Shown piece by piece: positions 37,577 through 48,182 of a stretch of 64,000 nt of DNA. Under the pieces are notes generated by a model. That model did no database searches. It was not told the DNA's origin and saw nothing but the letters and a program-made list of their open reading frames with translations. This stretch comes from Cercozoa sp. M6MM. Taxonomy: Eukaryota; Protista; Endomyxa: Ascetosporea. Each line of letters starts with the position of its first letter. Positions within the stretch are counted from its first letter, which is position 1. The stretch is from the NCBI GenBank assembly GCA_040357565.1, contig JBDODJ010000030.1, one strand, 5' to 3'. The position numbers and the translations under genes are program-made.

Positions 37577-38624
37577 AGGTTCTTCTCAGTCAACACAACA
37601 CTATGCTGAGCAGGGAAGAACAAACCCTGGAAGTGCGTGGCACGCAGACACTCGCAGAAATCGAGTGTTTCTCGGCACATCTACTCACCAGGTCAAAAAG
37701 TGTATGCAGACCAGCAATGTAGCTGTACACAAAAACAACGTACTTGCTTGATAACAAAGGTGCGAAACAGCGTGGCACACTCCTTGTCTGACACTGTCCG
37801 GCACACACAAAGACATGAACTACTCCAAAGCCTGGCAACTGACAGACAAGATACAAACACGACCGAGCTTCCAAGCAGCCCCGTTGAATCTCACCTGTTC
37901 CACAAGCACAACATAATTAGTTAAACGCAGTAAGCATGAGAAGAGTATTGGTACACGAGCTTGCTGGTGCAGTCGACGCGAACTGTAAGCAATGGCACCG
38001 AGCGACAGAACGAACACGACGAGGCAAGCAACAGTGAGGCCACTTGCTGTCTCGGCCTCGTTTCGGTCATCACGTCGCCTTCGCTGCGCTCTGGTAAAAG
38101 CACAAGAACAGGTGCTTTTGCCTAAACCCGTAGATGTCGCTAAATGTACTCTTCCGTCGCAATGTCGGACAGTTTTCGCAACTCATTGCCGATAATTTCG
38201 ACTGTATGTTTACTAGTCAGCAGGGTACAAAGCGTAGACTCAAAAACACGATACCTGCGCTAAGATAGAAGGGAGCAGTGGTTGCGTCGATCAGCTGCCG
38301 TTCCGACTCGTTGCTGTACAAGGGCTGTCACAAGGAAGATTACAAGAGGGAACTTGGCGGAAGGGGGGTAAAAGCAATATAGGTACGACTCCTTCGGTGA
38401 AGTTCATTGCATCGTGGGCAGCGAGCATGACCTGGCCACACAGTGCACACATACAAAAGTAGCTAAAACAGGTTGCACAAGCCTACGGCTTCCTGATAGG
38501 CGTCCACGGCAGGGAGACTCGGCGTGACGTAGGTCTGATTGATCACCTTGCTGTCCTCCTGCAGACAGACCGCACACAAACACACTTACACTCACACACA
38601 CTCTCTTTCTCTCTCTCACACACA

Positions 38625-38662
<38 letters not shown>

Positions 38663-38859
38663 AAAGCGAAGAAGGAAGTCCAAAGGATACCGGTGTAGCT
38701 GGAATGATAAGATCCTCGATGATATTGCTGGCCTCGAAGAGCTCCTATGGTAGCACACCTTTCGTACATACACGCGAATATAGATTGAGTTAGTCCAAAC
38801 ACGCACCATTGCGCGAATGGCCGGGTGCGCTGTCGCAAGCACTGCCGTGAAATTCTATT

Positions 38860-38907
<48 letters not shown>

Positions 38908-38917
38908 NNNNNNNNNN

Positions 38918-38970
<53 letters not shown>

Positions 38971-41645
38971 CACAAGTGAAGAGACAAGCAATGTCGGGAT
39001 AGCCTAGACGAGGCGGAGGAACGCACCTCACTGCGCGAGAAAAAGTGGTGCGAGATCTCGTCGACTCCGGCCTTGGAGGCGCCGTGTTCGATGAACTGTG
39101 GTACACGCCCATCGGCAATACAGTCAACCAGCGACATTGATGAAAGGTCGAAACGTACAGAGTTCGCGAGACTTCCCATGGCGAGGGCAATGACACTGCC
39201 ACTCGCACACAAACATAAACACAACAACAACAACGACAACAACAACAACAACAACAACGACAACAACGGCGACTCAGACACAAGAGTACCGGTCAGCAAA
39301 GAAAAACGTGATGGCTCTCAGTTGTGCCAGCATCGGCCAGCCTACCTGTGACGTGCAAGCAAACACCACTGAGACAAAGGAGACACCAAGATCCTACCCT
39401 CCCGATAGTTCGTGTACCTCCCTGGCATCATGGATTCCGGGTTCGTGGTGATGCTCGTACAGGTGCGTCGACGTGGCCAACGCAGCGATAGCCTAACACA
39501 CAAGTGCATCTCATTGATACGTACATCTAGTGACAACAAACATAGATATAAATATACGGTATATAGTATATTTGTAGGTATGGATAAAGAGCACCAGCGA
39601 CAAAGCAAACAAAACAGCAAGAAACAAGACGCGCTTCGTCTTTCGCATCTCGACCTTGCCAAAACCGTGTGAAAACGACACTGACAGCGTCGCCGTCGAC
39701 GAACCTGCTGTCGATGACTTGCTCTCTGAGTACACACAGACACGTAGATACACAGACACAGAGTGCACCCATGTGTATGTATGACACACGTTCAACAAAA
39801 ACACACGCACCCTCCTGGTCGGCCTCGCGATCGATCGTGATCAGGTCGACCTGGACCATGGAGCGGACCTTCTCATGCGAGCGCTTGGCGATCTCAATCT
39901 GTGCGCATAGGCCATGAGGTGGCATGAATTGAAGGAGTCAGTTTACCATGCGGAGGTTGTGCCGTGTGATATGACGCGCCTGTAAAGTCAAATGTGTGAA
40001 CTCAACACTGAAGAAAAAGAAGAGAGAAGCCTACAGCTACGAACATGAGAACGAGGATCACGCCAAGCAGCGTCCATGTCACGGCCAGCAAAGGCACACG
40101 CGAGTCACTGAGCTGCAGGTACATTCAGTGGTCACGTAAGATAGTGGTTGAACAGAACGTACATCCGAAGCCTCGTCAAGGTGCCCGTAGTACACCTCTT
40201 CCATAAAGGCACTCAAGTTCACCTCTGCCTTCATCTGTTGTTTTGTTCGACATAGAACACCTGTAAAACTGCATACAGACTGCCAGGTAGCCTATCCCAA
40301 GACTACCAAGGTAAGGATGTCCACCAGGTATCTAAGTTGTGGCGAATCAGCATTGAAAATAAGGAAACACAACAACAGCAAAAAGTGAACGAATCATTTA
40401 CTGTTCTGAACCCTCGTAAAACACGGTCGAGTCGTTCAGCGCCAGCATCTCGCGCTCGTACATGCGTTCCTGGAGCGACTGCGAACACAGCAATTCATTC
40501 TTGAGAGCACGCAGCATTGTAAAATAATGAGGCACCAAAACACTGTAGTATAGCTCCAAAGTGCTTGCATTGGCTCCACGCTCTCGCAGTTGGTCCTAAG
40601 AGCAGTGTAGCACTAAGAAGTCAAGGTGGCGTACAGGAAATCTACTTCTTGCGCGACATAGATACTGCGCGCATCGGCACGGCTCGCCAGTCGTCGCGTC
40701 TGCATGGCCTACTCTTGCCATTATCATACATGCACACACAGACACAGATACTTTGTGAGTTACGGTACCTCGCGCTCTTCAACCGGCAGTGGGTCGCCAA
40801 GTCGTTCGCTCTGCAGCGTGGTCGCTACGCTGAACTGCGACTGCAATCGCACACAACGGACAAGATGTGATCTGTGTAGGTACTATAGATATGACATGGG
40901 GAGTGTTGTGATTCCACTTACCGTCAGTCGTTCGGTTATCGGTTCTCGAAGCTGGTTTAGCGTGCCAATCAGATATACACAACAAGAAGAGACTCGAAGC
41001 AACTTTACATTTTGGAGCAGCTCAATGTCACGCGTGAGTGCCGACTCCAATCGGTCTTCGACTTCCCAGTGACTGTGGAAACACACAGTTCGGGTTGTTT
41101 CTAGTCCTTCCCATCATAGATGGTGCAGATGAGAACAAACTCACAGCGGAATGAGTGCGATGCTGCATCCCAGCAACACGGCGGTCAGGACCACCTGGGT
41201 TCGGCAACGTATTCAATTTTTGAGATGCAAGTATATTTTGTTTACAAAGATCCGCGTCCAGTTTTTAATGACCCGACGCCGCGCCAGGTCAGCACTATCG
41301 AGCTTCGACACGCCTTCTGCGCAGGTTATCAATGATTTTATTGATCGAAATGCGGGTGGTGACGCCACCAAATGATACTGCAGTTCGTACTTTTGCGCAT
41401 TTGGAGACACGACACTGCCCGCGTGTAACGTCAAAGTTGTTCAAAAGCCCGGCACGATGTTTTTTTGATTGTCTGCTTGCATCACATTGATCCTGGAAAA
41501 ACAAGCCGTTTGGCGGCTCAAAGTGGAGCAATCACCAATCAGCCCCAGATCATTGGCTGACTGTTGTGTCTTCGGCGATGTCGAGATCGCACATTGGTCA
41601 TCTCCCGCAGAACCATCCGAGGACCCTTCAATACCAATGACATCA
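36294..41645 (-). CDS. Large multi-pass membrane protein with repeated helical extracellular segments (model tentative)
   Basis: TM helices VPLLAVTWTLLGVILVLMFVA, LVSCCFVCFVAGALYPYL, GLTVACLVVFVLSLGAIAY; RDIELL occurs twice; many short introns; could be split into 2 genes. Confidence 0.4.
37526..37573. repeat. (CA)n microsatellite in intron
   Basis: Perfect CA run. Confidence 0.95.
38861..38969. repeat. (CA)n microsatellite with 10-N assembly gap
   Basis: CA run interrupted by Ns. Confidence 0.95.
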
Positions 41646-41719
41646 TCGGTTCGCGATCAGAACAACTGAGCTTCGCCTGCAGTTTTAGGATCAAGTAGCA
41701 GTGACAGTAAACTCTAAGC

Positions 41720-41869
41720 GGCGGGGTTTTTCGAGGCAAAACCGAACCCCCCAAAATATCTACCCCCTTTACCCTCTTATCCTAAACCCGCCTTCCCCTC
41801 TTTACCCCTTTGCTCCCTTACCCCCTGTAACCTCTCTTTGATTCTGATTTTGCCTCGAAAAACCCTGCC
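41720..41869. mobile_element. Candidate MITE-like element: 22-bp terminal inverted repeats enclosing C-rich TTTACCC tract
   Basis: 41720-41741 ggcggggtttttcgaggcaaaa vs reverse complement of 41848-41869 ggcagggtttttcgaggcaaaa (21/22); no clear target-site duplication. Confidence 0.45.
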
Positions 41870-41904
41870 ATACCCGTCTAAGTCTTAATACGTCTCAAAT
41901 TCTC

Positions 41905-44338
41905 TCAATTCGACGGCGGCAGTGGTCGCAGCAGCGGCGGCAGCGGGCGAGCCGGTAGTTCTCGGTCCGACCCGGAGTCCTCAGAGCCAGAGTCGGAGCT
42001 GGAGTTAGAGTCAGAGTCAGAGCTCAAGTCAGAGCCCAAGTCAGAGCCCAAGTCAGAGCCAGAGACATCGACATCATCGACAGGATCGTCGAGCTTGTGC
42101 CGCATGGCCTGCAGCAGGTCCACTCGGTCCGACGCGACCTCCGAGGCAGCGGCGGCCAGCTGCCACAGCGCGCGCGACGTCGGACACGCGCTGATGCCGC
42201 GCAGCAACGTGCGCATCGCCGTCGCGCCCGACTGCTGCTGCACCAGGCGCTTCCACTGCCGGGGGGGGGGGGGTAAGAGGGAGGGGATGCAGATGGGTAA
42301 GGTGGGGAGGGGGGGTAGGTACCAACGTAGCACACGACTGGAAACGCGGCTGCGCCAGTGCCAGCGACAGCGTCTCGGCGGCACGCGACGGCGCACGGTC
42401 CACCAGCGCCAGCACCGTCGCCGCCGTCGACTTGGCACACTGCGCCGACAGCAGCTTCCTCGCACGTCTATGTGGGGGAGGATAGGGGGGTAGGCTGGGG
42501 GGTAAAACACAACCAACCCATCCGCGCGGCCGATTTCGAGTTTGCGGTTGATGCCGCCGCCAGCGCGTCGCAGCAGCGCGGACTCGGCGGCGCCAGTGAC
42601 CACGTGCAGCAGTGGCACGTGCCACGGACACATGGTCACGGCCCAGTCGCAGAGTGCGCGCAGTGCGCCAGTCGACACGTGTCCACCGGGCAAGTGTGCA
42701 CTTGGCACGTGTGCACTGGGCATGTGTGCACTGGGCACGTGCGTCAGTGCCGTGGCCCACGTGACGGCGCGAGTGACACCGGCGCTCAGTTGCGCGCACG
42801 TGGCCGGCAGTCGACCGGCGGCCACACTGGCCTCGATCTTGCCGATCAGCCACTGCACTGGGTCGCGCACGTGCTCGTTCTGATCGCCCACACGGTCACC
42901 CACATGGTCACCCATGTGGTCACTCTGATCGCCCATGTGGTCACCCAGAAGCAGTCGCGCCGCAAAGGCCAGCAGTAGTCGCGCTAGCGACACTGACACT
43001 TCGTCGCACGGGAAGCGACTGGCGCCCACCTCGTCTGTCTCGGCAGGGGGTCAACAGGGGGGTAAACAGGGGGGTAAAGGGGGCGAAATCAGAGTCAAGA
43101 TCGGAGTGAAAGGGAGTGGGTAAAGAGGGGGGTAAAGAGGGGGGCAATGAGGGGGTAAAGAGGGGGGCAATGAGGGGGGTAAAGAGGGGGGTAAAGAGAC
43201 GGGTGTACCGCCACTACAAACGCCGACAGAAGGAACGCAAAATTCGGCGGCCGAAACTTCGAGCGATGCGACCGCGCGGACAAGTCGATCGACGTCGACC
43301 GGTGCCGACAGCCTTGTTCGACACAGTGCGTGGTGGCACAACTGCAGCACACTGGCCGCCGTCTCCTCGGTTTTAGCGCCCTCAGTTTTACCCCCCTCCG
43401 ACGACAGCAACGACTCCAGGTACACGTCCACCAGTGCCACCGCGCGCACCGGTGTCTACACAGGGGGGTAAAGGGGGGGTATGGGGGTATGGGGGTATGG
43501 GGGTATGGGGGTATAGGGGGTATGGGGGTATGGGGGTATGGGGTATAGGGGGGAGGGGTAAGGGTGGTACATGCGAGTCGACACAGCGCTGTCGCTGCAG
43601 CGACATTCGTTCGGCACTGGCGACGGTTTTGGTCAGTATGGCACGTGCCAACTGGAGCGACGACTGGCAGGTCGCAAAGGTGCGCCACACGGCGAACTCG
43701 GCCTGCTTAAGCGGCACGCGTTTCTTCGTCTCCAGCGACGGCTGCAGCAGCGACTTCAGCTGCGTCTGCGCCTCCTGTATTGGGGGGGGGGTAAGGGGTT
43801 ATGGGTCCCGGGCGCCGGGGGTAAGGGGATAGGGGGAAGGGGGTCCCAAGGGGCACGGGGGGGGGGGGGGGGTAGGGGGGGGGGGGTAAAGAGGGGCAGA
43901 GCACCGCGCGGACGCAGCGGCCGTGCAGTCGCAGAAATCGCAGATGCGCGCAGGAGAAACGCGCGTGCAGCGGCAGCAGCGTCGCGTCGATCCAGCGAAA
44001 CACACGTGACACCAGTCGCACATAGCGATCACTTTTCTGATCGGTCACATGCTCAGTCGGATGGTCATTCTGATCACTCTGATCGATCTGCTGATCATTC
44101 TGATCGATCAGATAGTCGATAGCACCGTCATCAGCGGCCTCAGTGTCGGTGGTGTCAACGCCGCCACTCACTGTGACGGTGTCGCTGGCCACCAGACCAC
44201 GTGGCACACCCAGTGCCACCAGGAACTCGCCCAGCAGCGCCACGCGTCCGCGCGGATGCGTCACCGGGAACACGTGCGCCGCCACTGCGCCGAACGGCAG
44301 CGCCGACCGCCGCCGACCCTCCTTCTGCTGCCTCTGGG
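41905..44338 (-). CDS. NRDE2: NRDE2-like nuclear exosome/RNAi regulator, 5'-partial (truncated by gap)
   Basis: RSALPFGAVAAHVFPVTHPRGRVALLGEFLVALGVP resembles the end of the NRDE-2 domain; HAT-like helices; C-terminal LLRGISACPTSRALWQLA. Confidence 0.7.
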
Positions 44339-44438
44339 NNNNNNNNNNNNNNNNNNNNNNNNNNNNNNNNNNNNNNNNNNNNNNNNNNNNNNNNNNNNNN
44401 NNNNNNNNNNNNNNNNNNNNNNNNNNNNNNNNNNNNNN
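44339..44438. other. 100-N scaffold gap
   Basis: Run of 100 N; genes on both sides lack their 5' parts. Confidence 0.98.
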
Positions 44439-44548
44439 CCCCCTGTTTACCCCCCTGTTTACCCCCCGGTTTACCCCCCTGTTTACCCCCCCGGTTTACC
44501 CCCCTGTTTACCCCCCTGTTTACCCCGTCCCCGGGCTGATGAGTGCAG

Positions 44549-45455
44549 ATGTCCGCGCGTGGGCGACCGTTTGTTCGCGTCGTTTTTCGACGAAGTGTTT
44601 CCGCGCGGAAGCTCGTTCCGTGTGGTGTACGGTCAGGACATAGTGACGGTACGTCCGCGCGGATGGTGTGATGCACAGGTTTGTTCATGTGCGTCTGTAG
44701 TCAATGCCCAAGTTGCTGCGGCACTACAAACACGTGTCGACAGAGGTGCTGCTACTGGACGCTCAGGTATCATCTGACTGAGGGACAGAGTGGGCACGTG
44801 CCCAGTGAGTGAGTGACTGGGTGGACACACGTGCCAACTCAGGGCACACTGGTGATGCGACCGTCGCCTCTGGAGAAGGCGCTGCTGCCGTCGCGACTGT
44901 CGTGGAGTGACCACCGACTCGGGTGCTACCTGGGCGCACTCGAGGCTGCCTGTAGGCTTTGCCTTTACCCCCCCCTCTAGTTTACCCCCTAGATGACCCC
45001 CCTCCCCAATTGACCCCCCTCCCCTCCCCGATGCAGGTCGACAGAGGAACCTCGCGGTGTGCAAGCACAACATTGAGCACCAGCGTCGTCGGCGATCGTC
45101 GCTGCACGAGGAGACTGAGAACGCAGCCTTAACGAAATCGAGCCAGGAGCCAGAGGAGGACCACGGCGTACTCTCAGAATCCGAGTCGGAACGGCCGCAT
45201 GGACGCTCCTGGCTCAGGTACATCTGTACTGCACACCTGTTATATTCAGGCTCATGTCTGTTGTGTGGAGGTTCCTCTCCTGGCAGAGACGCCACCAGCA
45301 GGCGCATATTGAGCTGCGCGAACTCTCCGACGCCGCCGACGTCAGCGACTCGGAGTCCTCGCCGCCTGTATAGTCCCCAGTCTCAGTTCAACTTTATTTG
45401 CAAGGAAAAAGAGAAATGCAGACTCCGGGTTACTAAAGGCTGCGATCCTGACTAG
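44549..45455 (+). CDS. Class 3 lipase (Lipase_3) C-terminal part, 5'-partial
   Basis: CPRVGDRLFASFF..FRVVYGQDIVTSMP..YKHVSTEVLL..SDHRLGCYLGAL (Asp and His of triad); 3' end uncertain. Confidence 0.82.
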
Positions 45456-45485
45456 CATCGTAGTAGTAACCCACCGCTGCTCATC

Positions 45486-47596
45486 ATGCTATCGCGCTTG
45501 ACGAACAGTACTACCGATGACGGTACAGAGCAGGCTGGTCAGCCGCCGGAGTGCTGAGCGGGTTGCGATCAAAATTAAATAACAAGAGGTTCCGGGTTGG
45601 CGGAACCAATTTTTGGTGTGCCAATTATTGCCAATCCTGTGCAAGCAGTGCCTGTGCAGACATTGCAGAGTTCCTTTGACGTGAGTAGGTTTGCAGTTTT
45701 GCGAACATGTCAAGCTGCGGTCTGTTGTCTCGTGTCCGGTCGCGTCAAGACGCGTTTGGCGAGACGCACACGCAGAACGAACCTCCTGCCAAGCAGGCCA
45801 AGGTTTCTTTTCACAAGGAGCCGAGCCGCTTCTGCTCCCGAGAGGTCTTGCCCGAGCGCCAGCGCCCAGCGTATCTGCTTTACACGCAAAGCAAGAGATC
45901 TGGGTACTGAATGACCCACATGTGACTGCTTTTGTTTTCGATTGACTCATGAGTCAGCTTTGTGTGCAGGCAACACCCCATCATCTCGAAACGAATGACC
46001 GAGATGGCCAAGCCGCCGACGAAAGGCGCTCGCTCCGTCGGTGAGTTACAGACCGATGCCATCGTGTTTGAGGGTTCCGGACCGGAGCCTCGTGCAAGCA
46101 GCCTGCTCGCCGGCTCCTTCTTCAAGCCGGCTGACGAGAAGGAACGTTCGGCCATCGCTCGGTCGAAGCAAATCAACTGGGTGATCGAGATCACGCAGAT
46201 CGGCTCTGTGTGCATACCGGGGTTTTCGCTGCTGACTTCGTGCGGCAGCAAGGTGTGTCCTTTGCTTCCGATGTGTTGTATGTTGTATGTTGCTTCTTTT
46301 GCAGTTGTTGCCTGTGCGTAGGATTTCCGCCGATCTGTGCAAGGCAATTCGAGTCGCAGCCGTGGTGCCGGCAAGAAGGAACAAGGCATCACTCGGCACC
46401 TGCACAAAGTCGGCGGTAGGTCGGTGCAGGTGTCGGAGTCGAGGCGCGAGTTCGAAGTGCGTCTCACCGAGGAAGAACGTGTCCGTCTCCAACTGCCGGA
46501 CTGCCTCGTCGGCACGCTCAGTGTCGATATTGTCACTCATGACGGCGGACGGCACATTCACGCTGAAGGAGAGTTCGGCGAGGCTGTGGCACTGCACAGG
46601 GTACGTTTGCTCTGTCTCTCTACTTGCCGACACAGCATTTTGTATGTGTGTGCAGAACGACTGCGGCCAACTCTCCTATAAAAACGAGTTTCGTTTCTTT
46701 TTTGAGCGTGCGAAGAGCCTGCCGGGACATGTGCGACTGCACGTGCAGCTTCCCGACTCAAGTGGCGGGAAGTTCTTGCTGCCGCTGCTATCAAATTCGT
46801 CGTCTGGTGCTTCGGCTGTGTCGGGTACTCGGACGCCCGATGTGACGCCCACTCAGCAGTTGGGTAGTCCCTCTATGTGTCTCTGTGTCTCTGTGTCTGT
46901 GTCTGTGTGTACACTTGTGTACACTTGTGTCTCTGGACAGACTTCGTGCCTCACCAGATGCCGAGCTACCTTGAGGACCTGGTAGGCCGGATGCTGGCTC
47001 TCGCGAAGTTTCAGGATTGAGTCAGTGTTGTTGTAGGTGCCAGCAGTGTCGTCGCTTCCGCCCCTAACACTGTCGACTGCTGATGTTACGCAGTCGACTG
47101 GTGGTGTGTCCAACTGCTCACCGTTCCCTGCGTCGCCGTTCCCTCAGGAGTCTTTGCAGAGTCCGGTGGGTCCCAGCAGTGCCAACATGCCGTCGTTCGG
47201 CGTGTTTCCAGACTTTAAGCCAACCAGCGACGTCTGCAAATTGTTAGACCCGTTCGACCCGTTCGGTAGGTGCCTCTTCAGGAGACCTTATTGCTGAGAT
47301 GTAGATGAATTTGGATCCTTGTGAGCAGACTTCTCGTACTTGGACAGCTTGTCATCCGACAATACCTTCGACGGCAGCTTGAGCACCACGGAACGCACCT
47401 GGCGAGACTTTTTTGTAAACAGGGCAAGCTGCGCAGAAATCAGAAAGATATCCGACAACAAAGATCTTCCTCTAGGTACACCTTGTCTTGACTCTGAGTG
47501 TCTTGTCTTGACTCTGAGTGTCTTGTCTTGACTCTGAGTGTGTCTTTTACTCGTGCGTGCGCAGACCTGTCGGACGCACCTTCTGACTTCTTTTAG
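45486..47596 (+). CDS. Hypothetical protein, possible transcription factor (beta-rich domain plus acidic/aromatic C-terminus)
   Basis: Spliceable exons; C-terminal FGVFPDF, LLDPFDPF, DFSYLDSL, DLSDAPSDFF; alternative 3' end up to ~47996. Confidence 0.45.
47483..47547. repeat. 21-bp tandem repeat (TTGTCTTGACTCTGAGTGTCT) x3 in intron
   Basis: Three near-perfect copies. Confidence 0.9.
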
Positions 47597-48182
47597 GCTT
47601 GCAATAGCAAACACACACGACAGCAGCAGCAACACACCCCGCAGCAACAGTATCAGCAACACAGCAGCAGCAACCATTGACCCGAGAACTCACTACCAGC
47701 GACATTGCGGAATCCGCGAAGCGTGTCTCGTCGACAGAAATCCTGCCCACTACGTGCACCAACAGCTCGTCCTCACTGCCCAGTCCCCGCATTCCTCCCG
47801 GGCTGAGTACAGTCAGCGTCCACGTTGTGCACGAGTGCCAGGCATTCCTCGCCGCGACCTTCCGACGTCTTCTCCAATGCGCTCGTTTGACCCTTCTCTC
47901 GCCGAGTTGCTCATGACTCCACGTCTGAACTCGTTGCGTTGCTTTATGCTTGCGTCGTTTACGTTAATTTATTGTCTTAACATTGTTACAGCATGAACTA
48001 CTTTAGTCAGGACAAAGAACATCCGTACGTTAGTTTTTTTGTATCACTCGACTTTAAAAGTACCCTCAATTGATTTACCAAGGCATGATCCGATCCTTAA
48101 CTGAGAGGGCTGCGGCAACAACATTGCTTTGTTTATTGTACGTTTACCCACATTCGAATTGCGATTGCTCAAGCAAGCTCGA

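Noticed and set aside
38817-39283. ORFs with HTHTHT, CVCVCV or LSIY repeats here and elsewhere
   Set aside because: Translations of intronic CA/TG and GATA microsatellites, not proteins
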